Positions 39,921 through 48,686 of a stretch of DNA of 64,000 nucleotides are shown here, piece by piece. Below the pieces are notes generated by a model. The model had not been told where the DNA came from. It searched no databases and was given only the letters and a program-made list of their open reading frames with translations. Numbering within the stretch: the first letter of the stretch is position 1; each line of letters begins with the position of its first letter. Both the position numbers and the translations under genes were made by a program. Source of the DNA: Acidimicrobiia bacterium (GTDB taxonomy: Bacteria; Actinomycetota; Acidimicrobiia; Acidimicrobiales; CATQHL01); contig VXXM01000068.1 of NCBI GenBank assembly GCA_009835395.1, positions 1,494 through 65,493 of the forward strand, in the 5' to 3' direction.

Positions 39921-40706
39921 GTGGAGGACTACCACCCCCGGACCTACGGCGAGGCGTTCGCCGATGTCTACGACGAGTGGTACGCCGACGTCACCGACAC
40001 CGAAGCGTGCGTGACCGCGGTCGCCCGGCTGTCCGGCGGGGGGCCGGTGCTGGAGATGGGGGCGGGCACGGGACGCCTGGCTCTGCCGCTGGCGGCGGCC
40101 GGCGCCGACGTCTGGGCCTTGGATGCCTCCCGGGCGATGCTGGCCGCCCTGGCCGCCAAGCCCGGCGGCGAGCGTGTGGTGGCGATGCTCGGCGACATGG
40201 CCCGCCCGCCGTTGCGGCCCGGGGCCGGCTTCGCGGTGGTGCTTTGCGCCTTCAACTCGCTGTTCAACCTGCCCGACGCCGCGGAGCAGCGGCTCTGCCT
40301 GCAAGCGGCGGCCACGCTGCTGGCACCCGCCGGTCTCCTGATCGTGGAGACCTCGCTGCCGGGCGCCGGCCACGAACCCGGAGAGGCCACCGGGATCGCC
40401 ACCGAAGCCGGGGACTTCCAGGTCGACAGCGTGGACGTGCGAGCCGTCGAGTCCGACCGGGTGGTGCTCAGCGCCTGGCAGCACGATCCGGTGAACCAGA
40501 ACATCCGCGGTCAGATGATCGACATCGGCGCCGGGGGGATCCGGCTGCGCCCGTGGCGGCTGCACTACCGCACCGCGGCCCAGCTCGACGCCGCCGCCCG
40601 CGACGCCGGGCTGGAACTGGTCGAACGCTGGGCGGACTGGGGTGGCGGGACGTTCGATCCGATCCTCTCGACCGAGCAGATCGCCGTCTACCGGCCGCGC
40701 CGGTGA
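39921..40706 (+). CDS. Class I SAM-dependent methyltransferase
   Basis: SAM motif I VLEMGAGTGRLALPLA plus ...VVLCAFNSLFNL.... The start is uncertain: the GTG at 39921 was chosen, while the ORF opens at 39867. Confidence 0.8.
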   Translation: MEDYHPRTYGEAFADVYDEWYADVTDTEACVTAVARLSGGGPVLEMGAGTGRLALPLAAAGADVWALDASRAMLAALAAKPGGERVVAMLGDMARPPLRPGAGFAVVLCAFNSLFNLPDAAEQRLCLQAAATLLAPAGLLIVETSLPGAGHEPGEATGIATEAGDFQVDSVDVRAVESDRVVLSAWQHDPVNQNIRGQMIDIGAGGIRLRPWRLHYRTAAQLDAAARDAGLELVERWADWGGGTFDPILSTEQIAVYRPRR

Positions 40707-40716
40707 GTGCCCGGCG

Positions 40717-41169
40717 ATGAGGCTGCGCGTCGAGACCACCATCGCCGCCCCGCCCGAGGCGGTCTGGGCGCACCTGGAGGACATCGCCACCCACACCGAG
40801 TGGATGGCCGACGCCGTGGCGATCGACTTCCTGACGGCTCAGCACCGGGGTGCCGGAGTGCGCTTCGCCTGCCGGACACGGGTGGGGCCGCTGAGCACGA
40901 CCGACCTCATGGAGATCACCGAATGGTCGCCGCCGAGCCTCATGGGGGTGCGCCACACGGGCGCGGTCTCCGGCGAGGGGAGCTTCGAGCTGACCGCGGC
41001 GGGTCCGGCCGGCGAGTCCACCAGGATGGTGTGGCTGGAGACCCTGCGGTTGCCATGGTGGCTCGGCGGGCGGCTCGGTTCCCTGCCGGCCCGCCCCGTG
41101 CTGCAGAGCATCTGGCGGGGGAACCTCGCCCGGCTGAAGGCCCGGGTGGAGTACGGCGCCGGCCCCTAG
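40717..41169 (+). CDS. SRPBCC (START/polyketide-cyclase-like) family protein
   Basis: The sequence MRLRVETTIAAPPEAVWAHLEDIATHTEWM... is a typical SRPBCC N-terminus. About 150 aa. Confidence 0.8.
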   Translation: MRLRVETTIAAPPEAVWAHLEDIATHTEWMADAVAIDFLTAQHRGAGVRFACRTRVGPLSTTDLMEITEWSPPSLMGVRHTGAVSGEGSFELTAAGPAGESTRMVWLETLRLPWWLGGRLGSLPARPVLQSIWRGNLARLKARVEYGAGP

Positions 41170-41187
41170 CGGCCCCGGCGGCCCGAC

Positions 41188-42120
41188 TCAGATGATCGGG
41201 TTGGTCCAGGTCGTGGCGGCCAGCAGGCCGGTGAAGAAGAACAGCCCGGCGAGCCCGAGTCCGGCCGTCGAGGCCAGCCAGCGAGGCACCCGCCTGCCAC
41301 GGTCGGGGCTCAGCACGACCCAGCTGGCCAGCAGGCCGCCGGCCAGGCCGCCGATGTGGCCGCCGATGGAGATGTTCGGGATGAGGAACGTGGTGACCAG
41401 GTTCAGCACCAGCAGCCCCATCACCCCCGAGTCCCTGGCCCTGCGTCCCACGGCTCGGGACACCATGAGGTGCGCCCCCATCAGGCCGAACACCGCCCCG
41501 GAGGCGCCGATGGTGAGCGCCCGTGGCGATGCCAGCAGGGCACCGAGCGAGCCCGCCAGAAGCGCCGCCACGTACAGCACGGCGAACCGCACGACCCCCA
41601 GTTGCCGTTCCAGAGCCGCCCCCAGCAGGCCCAGCAGCAGCACGTTGAAGCCGACGTGGAGGATGTTGGCGTGCAGGAATCCGCTGGTGAAAAGGCGCCA
41701 CCACTCCCCGCCGACATCCACCGCCGGTCCCCACAGGGCGCCGTTGTTCATGATGTCGCCCAAGCCGCTCCACGCCGACCGCTGCGTGGCCGCCGAGACG
41801 ACGAACAGCACCAGGTTGGCCGCCACCAGGACTCCGGTCAGCACCGCCCGGCGCTTGGCGAGGTTGAAGGCCGCCGGGCCGGACACCACGACCGGCTGCA
41901 GGCGGCGCCGCCGGGGGCGAGTTCCGGGATGGGACGCGGCAGCGGCTCCGACCGCCCTCGCCCGGCGGGCGGCGGCGACGCAGCCGGGACACTGGAACCC
42001 GACGGGGGCGATGATCTGGCAATCGGGACAGATCGGCCGCTCGCAACGCTGGCAGCGCACACCGGCGGGACGGCTCGTGTGCCGGTAGCAGACCGGCTCC
42101 GATCCTGCCCGGTCACTCAC
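41188..42120 (-). CDS. Rhomboid-family intramembrane serine protease with an N-terminal zinc ribbon
   Basis: N-terminal CYRH...CQRC...CPDC...CPGC. The rhomboid core has ...WRLFTSGFLHANILHVGFN..., catalytic GASGAVFGL, and the His in ...GGHIGGLAGG. Confidence 0.9.
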   Translation of the reverse strand: MSDRAGSEPVCYRHTSRPAGVRCQRCERPICPDCQIIAPVGFQCPGCVAAARRARAVGAAAASHPGTRPRRRRLQPVVVSGPAAFNLAKRRAVLTGVLVAANLVLFVVSAATQRSAWSGLGDIMNNGALWGPAVDVGGEWWRLFTSGFLHANILHVGFNVLLLGLLGAALERQLGVVRFAVLYVAALLAGSLGALLASPRALTIGASGAVFGLMGAHLMVSRAVGRRARDSGVMGLLVLNLVTTFLIPNISIGGHIGGLAGGLLASWVVLSPDRGRRVPRWLASTAGLGLAGLFFFTGLLAATTWTNPII

Positions 42121-42191
42121 CCCGTCACCCTACCGGGGCCCTGCGGTGCCTCCGGCGCCGGTTACAGTGAGCGCCGAGCTGCGGAGGCCCC

Positions 42192-42371
42192 ATGATCGCC
42201 AACTCGATTCTCGCCCACCAGGGCGGCTGGGACGAGATCCTCATCATCATCGGCCCGATCGCCGCCATCGTCGGGATCGTGGCGCTGGTCCGCCGCCGGC
42301 TGCACCGCGAGGCCGAGGAGACCGAGGCCGACGTCGCCTCGCCGACCGGCGGCGGCGCCCTACCCTCCTAG
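42192..42371 (+). CDS. Small membrane protein (59 aa), absent from the supplied ORF track
   Basis: My own translation: MIANSILAHQGGWDEILIIIGPIAAIVGIVALVRRRLHREAEETEADVASPTGGGALPS*. GGAGG lies 5 nt upstream of the ATG. One TM helix is followed by an RRR anchor. The 3' end overlaps the convergent murA stop by 4 nt. Confidence 0.6.
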   Translation: MIANSILAHQGGWDEILIIIGPIAAIVGIVALVRRRLHREAEETEADVASPTGGGALPS

Positions 42372-43714
42372 CCGGCCGGAACCCAGGCGACGTCGGCGCC
42401 GAGCGCCTGCAGCTTGCCGACCAGGTCCTCGTGACCGCGGCTGATGTGGTGGGTGTCTCGCACGATGGTCTCGCCCTCGGCGGCCAGTCCGGCCACCACG
42501 AGGGCCGCCCCCGCCCGGATGTCGGTCGCCCGCACCGGGGCGCCGGAGAGGCGCTCCTGGCCGCGCACGATGGCGCAGCGGCCCTCCACGCGGATGTCGG
42601 CTCCCATGCGCACCAACTCGCCCACGTAGCGGAAGCGGTTGGCGAATACGTTCTCGGTCACCAGCCCCACTCCCTCGGCGAGGCTCAGCATGGCCACCAG
42701 CAGGGGCTGGTAGTCGGTGGCGACGCCCGGGTACGGCAGCGTGACGATCTCGGTGGCCCGCAGCCGGTGCGGCGCCATCGCCCACAACCCGCCCTTGATG
42801 GTGGAGGTGCGCAGGTTCATCTCGCCGAGCTTGTCGCAGAGCATCCGCAGGTGGCCCGGCTGGGCGCCGCGCAGGGTGATCTCGCCGCCGGCGATTCCCA
42901 CCGCCGCCAGGAAGACCGCCGTCTCGATGCGGTCCGGGACGGGAGTGTGATCCACCGGCACCAGCGGGCCGCCGCCGTTGATGGTGATCGTCGGGCTGCC
43001 GGCACCCAGCACCTCGGCACCCATGCGGTTCAGGAACGCCGCCAAGTCGGCGATCTCGGGCTCCCGGGCGGCGTTGTGGATGACCGTGCGGCCCTCCGCG
43101 GCGGTGGCGGCCATCATGATGTTCTCGGTGGCGCCGACGCTGGGCCACGCCAGGCTCACCTCCTCGCCCTTCAGGACGCTTGCCCGGGCGTGCACGTAGC
43201 CGTGGCTCACCTCGATGTCGACGCCGAGACGTTCCAACGCCGAGAGGTGCATGTCGATGGGGCGGGAACCGAAGTCGTCACCGCCGGGCAACGCCACCAT
43301 CGCCTCGCCGCAGCGGGCCAGCAGCGGGCCGAGCACGGCGATCGATGCCCGCATCCGGCTGACCAGGTCGTAGGAGGCGTGCGGCTGCAGCCGTTCAGGC
43401 ACCTCCACGTGCAGGACGTCGTCGTCGCTGAACCGCGCCCCGCAGCCGAAGCTCTGCAGCAGTTCGATCATCGTGGTGACATCGGCGATGCGAGGGACCC
43501 GCCGCAGCGTGGAACGGCCCTCGGCCAGCGTGGTGGCCGCCAGGAGTTTCAGGACGCTGTTCTTGGCGCCGCCGATCTCCAACTCACCGGCGAGGGGCTC
43601 GCCGGGCCGCACGCGGATCTCCGCCGGCGCGCGGCCCGTGTCCTCGAGCGCGCCGGGCGGGCCGGCCTGCCGGCTGCCGGCGTCGGGCACGGCCGAGTCC
43701 CCGGTCGGATTCAT
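42368..43714 (-). CDS. murA: UDP-N-acetylglucosamine 1-carboxyvinyltransferase
   Basis: Motifs ...LEIGGAKNSVLKLLAATTLAEG..., ...LPGGDDFGSRPIDMH..., ...ATENIMMAATAAEGRT..., ...PYPGVATDYQP.... The start is the ATG at 43714. Confidence 0.93.
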   Translation of the reverse strand: MNPTGDSAVPDAGSRQAGPPGALEDTGRAPAEIRVRPGEPLAGELEIGGAKNSVLKLLAATTLAEGRSTLRRVPRIADVTTMIELLQSFGCGARFSDDDVLHVEVPERLQPHASYDLVSRMRASIAVLGPLLARCGEAMVALPGGDDFGSRPIDMHLSALERLGVDIEVSHGYVHARASVLKGEEVSLAWPSVGATENIMMAATAAEGRTVIHNAAREPEIADLAAFLNRMGAEVLGAGSPTITINGGGPLVPVDHTPVPDRIETAVFLAAVGIAGGEITLRGAQPGHLRMLCDKLGEMNLRTSTIKGGLWAMAPHRLRATEIVTLPYPGVATDYQPLLVAMLSLAEGVGLVTENVFANRFRYVGELVRMGADIRVEGRCAIVRGQERLSGAPVRATDIRAGAALVVAGLAAEGETIVRDTHHISRGHEDLVGKLQALGADVAWVPAG

Positions 43715-43746
43715 CCCCTCAAGTATGCTCGGCCCATGCCCGGGTC

Positions 43747-45363
43747 TTGGCGATAGGGGCGCGTTTGCCCCACCTGACCTGCACCGAAGCGTGCAGCCCG
43801 GACGAATTGCAACGCCTGCTCCGGCCTCGTTCCGATGTCGTGGTCGAAGAGCCGGATCTCTCGACGCCCGAGGACGCGCTGCCACCGGGGACTCCGGCAG
43901 CCGAGGCGGCTTTTCGGGCGGTCGGCGGGCCCTTCACCCAATACCGCCGCACCGTGCACATCCTCGAGCGCCGCGACGCCGAGTGCCTGGTCCGCCAGCA
44001 CATCTCCTACCGGCTCTCGGTGCCGGTGTGGGGGTGGTTCCTGACGCCGCTGGCCAACCGGGAGCTGCGCCGGCCCCGCAGCGACGGGCAGCCCTTCTGG
44101 GCGCCCGCCGAGCGACTGGATCCCCGCTCCGGCCAAGTCCTGGGGGTGCTGTGCCTGCTGGGGGTGGTGGCCGGCTACCTGGGCACGCTGCTGAGCCAGA
44201 CCATCACCTTCGCCTTCGACGAGTTCGACGCCGGACTTGCCACGCAGGGCAACACCCTCACAGCGGTGCGGGTGGGCGTGCTGCTGGCGCTGGCGCTGGT
44301 GGCACTGGCGGACCGCCGGGGGCGACGGCCGGTGCTGCTCTTCGCCGCCGTGGCCGGCTGCCTGGTGGCGACCGCCACCGCGGCTTCGACCGGGGTGTGG
44401 ACCTATGGCGCCAGCCAGGCCGTCTCGCGCAGCCTCGCCACGGCGATGCTGGTACTGCTGGTGGTGATCGCCGCCGAGGAGGTTCCCGCCGGGGCGCGGG
44501 CCTACGCCGTGTCGGTGCTGACGCTGTCGGCGGGGCTGGGGTCGGGCATGGTGGTGTGGCTGCTGCCGCTGGCCGACCTGGGGCTGCGAGCCTGGCGCAT
44601 CCTCTTCCTGGCGCCGCTGCTGGCGCTGCCGCTGGTGCTGTTCTGCGCCCGCCGGTTGCCCGAGAGCAGGCGCTTCGCACCGCAGCCGGCTGAGACCCCG
44701 CCGAGCGGGCACCCCGGAGACGCCGAGCGCCGGCGCCGCCGGGCCAAGCGCATGTTCCTGCTGGGGTGCGGGGCGCTCGGGGTCAGCCTGTTCGCAGCGC
44801 CCGCCTCGCAGTTCCTGAACGAGTTCCTGCGCAGCCAGCGGTCGTTCTCCGCCGGCAACATCAGTGTCTTCCAGCTCTCCATCAACACGCCGGCGGCGAT
44901 CGGCGTGCTCATCGGCGGCCGCTTCTCCGACGTCCGGGGGCGGCGACGGATCGGCGCCCTCGGTCTCGCCGCCGGTGCGGCCTTCACGGTGTTCCGCTAC
45001 GTGGCGGACGGCTGGCCGATGTGGATGTGGGGCGTGCTGGCGGGCATCTTCGGCGCCGCCAGCGTTCCGATCATGGGAGCCTTCGGAGGAGAGCTGTTCG
45101 GCACGTCCAAACGTGCCGGCTCCAACGGTGTGATCACGACCATGGGCGTGATCGGCTCGGTGATCGGCCTGCAGATCGTGGGCCGCTTCACCGACGCCGG
45201 CGGTGAGTTCGGGCACGTCTTCGCCATGATCGCCGGAGCGCCGCTGGTGGTGGCGCTGCTGATCCTGTTCGTCTTCCCCGAGACGGCCTGGCGCGAGCTG
45301 GAGGACCTGAACCCCGAGGACCTCAAGCCGGCGGACCGGGCCGCCCGCCCGCCGCCGGGCTGA
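43747..45363 (+). CDS. MFS transporter with a ~130-aa N-terminal soluble extension
   Basis: About 12 hydrophobic segments and an MFS loop motif (ALADRRGRRPVLL). The start is uncertain: the listed start at 43747 is TTG. Confidence 0.75.
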   Translation: MAIGARLPHLTCTEACSPDELQRLLRPRSDVVVEEPDLSTPEDALPPGTPAAEAAFRAVGGPFTQYRRTVHILERRDAECLVRQHISYRLSVPVWGWFLTPLANRELRRPRSDGQPFWAPAERLDPRSGQVLGVLCLLGVVAGYLGTLLSQTITFAFDEFDAGLATQGNTLTAVRVGVLLALALVALADRRGRRPVLLFAAVAGCLVATATAASTGVWTYGASQAVSRSLATAMLVLLVVIAAEEVPAGARAYAVSVLTLSAGLGSGMVVWLLPLADLGLRAWRILFLAPLLALPLVLFCARRLPESRRFAPQPAETPPSGHPGDAERRRRRAKRMFLLGCGALGVSLFAAPASQFLNEFLRSQRSFSAGNISVFQLSINTPAAIGVLIGGRFSDVRGRRRIGALGLAAGAAFTVFRYVADGWPMWMWGVLAGIFGAASVPIMGAFGGELFGTSKRAGSNGVITTMGVIGSVIGLQIVGRFTDAGGEFGHVFAMIAGAPLVVALLILFVFPETAWRELEDLNPEDLKPADRAARPPPG

Positions 45364-45368
45364 GCCCG

Positions 45369-45956
45369 CTAACCCCCTGGCGCCGCCAGCCAGGCGCGCA
45401 CCGCGGCGACCACCGCCTCGTCGTCGGCGGGGCGGGTGTCGTGGCCGCGGCCGGGGAGCCACACGTGGCTGACATCACCGGCGATGGCGGCGGTGTGCGT
45501 GGCGAACTCCTCGGGCGTGCCGAACGGGTCCCGGTCGCCGCCCACGAAGAGGCAGGGCACCGCCAGGCCGCCGAAGTGGGCCACCCGCAGGTTGTCGGGT
45601 CGGCGGGGCGGGTGCAGCGGGTAGCTCAGCAGCACGAGACCGGCGGCGGGCAGCCCGTCGGCGACCGCCAGCGAGCAGACGCGGCCGCCCATGGAGCGCC
45701 CGCCCAGGGCAAGGCCCGCCGGATCGATGGACTCCTCGGCGCACATCGCCGCCGCCTGCTCGGCGATGTGGGGCACCAGCCGTTCGGCCCGCGGCGGTGG
45801 CCCCCGGCGGCCGCCGCTGCGGTGGGGGAACCCCACACGGCGCACCGGCAGCGGGGCCAGCGCGCGCTCCAGGGCGACCAGGGTGTGGTGGTCGGGGTCG
45901 CCGCCGGCGCCGGGCGCCAGGAGCAGGCCCCCGGCGGCGCGTACGGCGGTGCTCAC
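45369..45956 (-). CDS. Alpha/beta hydrolase (dienelactone-hydrolase / KANL3-Tex30-like)
   Basis: Nucleophile elbow GGRSMGG plus ...LSYPLHPP... and ...GDRDPFG.... The GTG start overlaps the upstream stop (GTGA). Confidence 0.75.
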   Translation of the reverse strand: MSTAVRAAGGLLLAPGAGGDPDHHTLVALERALAPLPVRRVGFPHRSGGRRGPPPRAERLVPHIAEQAAAMCAEESIDPAGLALGGRSMGGRVCSLAVADGLPAAGLVLLSYPLHPPRRPDNLRVAHFGGLAVPCLFVGGDRDPFGTPEEFATHTAAIAGDVSHVWLPGRGHDTRPADDEAVVAAVRAWLAAPGG

Positions 45957-46645
45957 GACAGCAGGATCCGCCGCGCCTCCACGAGGTCGCTGATCCGTGC
46001 GCCGGCCTCACCGTCGGCGCCGCCGGTGTCGGGATGCGCCGTGGCGACCAGGCGACGGAAGCGCTTCTGCACGTCGGCCGCGACGAGCCCGTCGAGCGTC
46101 TCCAGCTCCAGGATCTCCAGAGCCCAGCTTCGGTCCTCGGGCACCGGGACCGGCGCGGCCCGATGGCCGTCGAGGAAGCGCAGCAGTTCGCCGTCGGTGC
46201 CGCCGGGCCAGGTGAGAGCGCGCCGCACCGCCGCCAGCACCTCGTGGCGCTGGGATGCCGGCAGTTGCCGGGCGGCGTACACGGCCCCTAGCACGTACTG
46301 CGCCGCCGAGCCGCCCCGGTCGCTGAACTCGAAGGACGGCCGGCCGCTGCTCAGACGCACGAGACGGTGGCGGCTGCGGGTCAGTCCGATCCTGTCCTCC
46401 TGCAAACGGTGCCGCAGGCGGGGCTGGCGGATGCGCTCGCCGCGGGCGATCTGACCGATCAGCAGGTGCAGGTCGTCGAGGGAGTCCTCGTCCAGCCTCT
46501 CGAGGTGACGGCCCACGACGCCGGCGAGAAGCACCGCGCCGGGGCGCAACGGGGGATCCAGAGGCAGCTTGCTGTCGCCGACCGCCACCCGCCGGGTGGG
46601 CACCACCGCCCGCGAGTGGAACGTCACCAACTCGGCCAGGATCAC
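45953..46645 (-). CDS. Protein with a C-terminal J-domain (HPD motif) and an N-terminal domain I do not recognise
   Basis: The C-terminal ...VQKRFRRLVATAHPDTGGADGEAGARISDLVEARRILLS matches J-domain helix II-HPD-helix III. I do not recognise the N-terminal ~160 aa. Confidence 0.7.
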   Translation of the reverse strand: MILAELVTFHSRAVVPTRRVAVGDSKLPLDPPLRPGAVLLAGVVGRHLERLDEDSLDDLHLLIGQIARGERIRQPRLRHRLQEDRIGLTRSRHRLVRLSSGRPSFEFSDRGGSAAQYVLGAVYAARQLPASQRHEVLAAVRRALTWPGGTDGELLRFLDGHRAAPVPVPEDRSWALEILELETLDGLVAADVQKRFRRLVATAHPDTGGADGEAGARISDLVEARRILLS

Positions 46646-46731
46646 CGCCCCAAGCTAACCGGCCCGGGGGACGCACTGACCGGAGATCGTGCCGCGTGCC
46701 CGGCCACGCGGGGCTGAATTAGCGTCTTCGT

Positions 46732-47700
46732 GTGGCCGCCTCACCCGCCAGCGACCGCCACGAGTCGAGCCGCGCTGGCCGCCCGGCGGCTCTGTCGGTC
46801 GGCTTCATCGGGTTGGGGAACATGGGGCGGCCGATGTGCCTGCGGCTGCTGCAGGCCGGCCTGCGGGTGGTCGCCCACGACATCGACCCGGCCGCCACCG
46901 AGGAGGTCGCCGGACACGGCGCCCTGGCCGCGGGCTCGGCCCGACGCTGCGCCGAGGAGGCCGACGTCCTGCTCACCTCGCTGCCGGCACCCCGCCACGT
47001 GGCGGCCGCCATGGTCGGCGAGGACGGCGCCCTCGGCGCGCTCAGGCCCGGCACGGTGTGGGTGGATCTCACGACCGGCGACCCCGCGGCTGTGCGGGAG
47101 CTCGCCGCGGCGGCGCCGGAGGGCGTGGCCGTCGTCGACTGCCCGGTCACCGGCGCGGTGGACGGGGCCCGCCGGGGCGAGCTCACGCTCTTCGCCGGTG
47201 GCGATGGCGAAGTCATCGACCGGGTCCGGCCGGTGCTGTCGCCTCTCGGCACGATCCTGGAGTGCGGACCGCTCGGCAGCGGCAGCGTCGTCAAGCTGGT
47301 CACCAACCAGCTGTGGTTCGTGGCCGCGGCCGCTCTCGGCGAGGGGTTCGCCGTCGGACTCGCCAACGGCGTGGAACTGGGCACGCTGTGGCGGGCGATC
47401 CTCGCCAGCGTGGGCGACAGCTTCGTGGCCCGCCACGATGCACCCAGCATCTTCGCCGGCCACTGGGATCCGACCTTCCCCCTGGACATGTGCCTCAAGG
47501 ATCTGGGTCTGCTCGCCGACCTGGAGGCGAACGTCGGAGCCGATCTGCCCGTCACTGCCGGCGCACGGTCGGCGTTCGAGCGCGCCGCCGCCCGCTACGG
47601 CGGGGCGGCCGGCGAGATGTGCGTCGCCCGCCGGATCGCCGAGGATGCCGGCCTCTCGATGCGCCTGGACGGCGACTGGGTCCCCCACTGGCAGGCCTGA
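46732..47700 (+). CDS. NAD(P)-dependent oxidoreductase, 3-hydroxyisobutyrate/6-phosphogluconate dehydrogenase-like
   Basis: Rossmann motif VGFIGLGNMGRPM plus ...GSGSVVKLVTNQL.... GTG start. Confidence 0.88.
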   Translation: MAASPASDRHESSRAGRPAALSVGFIGLGNMGRPMCLRLLQAGLRVVAHDIDPAATEEVAGHGALAAGSARRCAEEADVLLTSLPAPRHVAAAMVGEDGALGALRPGTVWVDLTTGDPAAVRELAAAAPEGVAVVDCPVTGAVDGARRGELTLFAGGDGEVIDRVRPVLSPLGTILECGPLGSGSVVKLVTNQLWFVAAAALGEGFAVGLANGVELGTLWRAILASVGDSFVARHDAPSIFAGHWDPTFPLDMCLKDLGLLADLEANVGADLPVTAGARSAFERAAARYGGAAGEMCVARRIAEDAGLSMRLDGDWVPHWQA

Positions 47701-47760
47701 GAGGCCGGGGAACACGCCGATGCCGACCGCTGCGCCCGACGAGTCCACCGGGCGCAGCAC

Positions 47761-48648
47761 GTGACCGGCGTGCCCGGCCAAGCCGTTCGCAGCGTCGGGC
47801 TGGCGGACCTGGTGGATCTGGCACGCTTCCCGGTCGACGAGCCGGCATCGCCGGGGTACCTGGCGGCCGTCGAGATCGCACGCCGGGGACTGCGCAGCCT
47901 GGGTTGCGCCGTGCTCGAGGGATTCGTGCGTCCCGAGGCGGTGCGGGTTCTGAACGAGGAGATCCTCGAACGCAAGCACGCCACCCACTACTCCACCGAG
48001 ATCATCAACCCCTACTTCCACACGACCGTCGACCCCACGTACCCCGACGATCACGTCGTCAACACCTTCCTCGAGCGCACCAGCGGCTTCATACCCGGCG
48101 ACGCCTGGGATCCCGGCTGCGCCACCGACACGCTGTTCCGCGCCCCCGAGGTGGCCCGCCTGCTGGCCGACTGCCTGGAGATCCCCGAACTGCACTGCTA
48201 CGACGATCCCCTGGCCGGGCTCACCGCCAACATCTGCGACCCGGGCCAGCAGTTCACCTGGCACTTCGACACGAACGACTTCGCCGTGACGGTGCTGGTG
48301 CAGCCCGCCGCCGCCGGCGGCGTCTTCGAGTACGCGCCGGACATCCGCTCGGCCGACGACGAGGCGTTCGAGGCGATCGGGTCCGTGCTGGACGGCGACC
48401 GCAGCCGCGTGCACTCCCTGGACCTGCAGCCCGGTGACCTGCAGATCTTCCGCGGCCGCCACTCGCTGCACCGGGTGACGAGGGTGGCGGCGGACTCCTG
48501 TCCCCGCCACGCCGCCATCTTCGCCTACACCCGAGAGCCGGGCGTCATCGGCCGCCTGGCCCGCACCCGGCAGCTCTTCGGCAGGGCCCTGCCCGAGCAC
48601 GAGCAGGCCGAACGCGAGAGAGTCCGCTCCGACCCGCTGCTCGACTGA
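47761..48648 (+). CDS. Putative Fe(II)/2-oxoglutarate-dependent oxygenase-like protein
   Basis: Candidate HxD...H facial triad (WHFDTND ... GRHSLHRV) in a ~295-aa protein. This family call is tentative. Confidence 0.55.
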   Translation: MTGVPGQAVRSVGLADLVDLARFPVDEPASPGYLAAVEIARRGLRSLGCAVLEGFVRPEAVRVLNEEILERKHATHYSTEIINPYFHTTVDPTYPDDHVVNTFLERTSGFIPGDAWDPGCATDTLFRAPEVARLLADCLEIPELHCYDDPLAGLTANICDPGQQFTWHFDTNDFAVTVLVQPAAAGGVFEYAPDIRSADDEAFEAIGSVLDGDRSRVHSLDLQPGDLQIFRGRHSLHRVTRVAADSCPRHAAIFAYTREPGVIGRLARTRQLFGRALPEHEQAERERVRSDPLLD

Positions 48649-48659
48649 CCCGTCGGGGG

Positions 48660-48686
48660 CCGCAGGACCCCGGCGGTTCCCTACAC
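48660..48686. terminator. Hairpin between convergent genes (9-bp stem CCGUCGGGG/CCCCGGCGG with one G.U pair, 9-nt loop)
   Basis: Read directly in the 32-nt spacer between the stops at 48648 and 48681. Confidence 0.35.
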
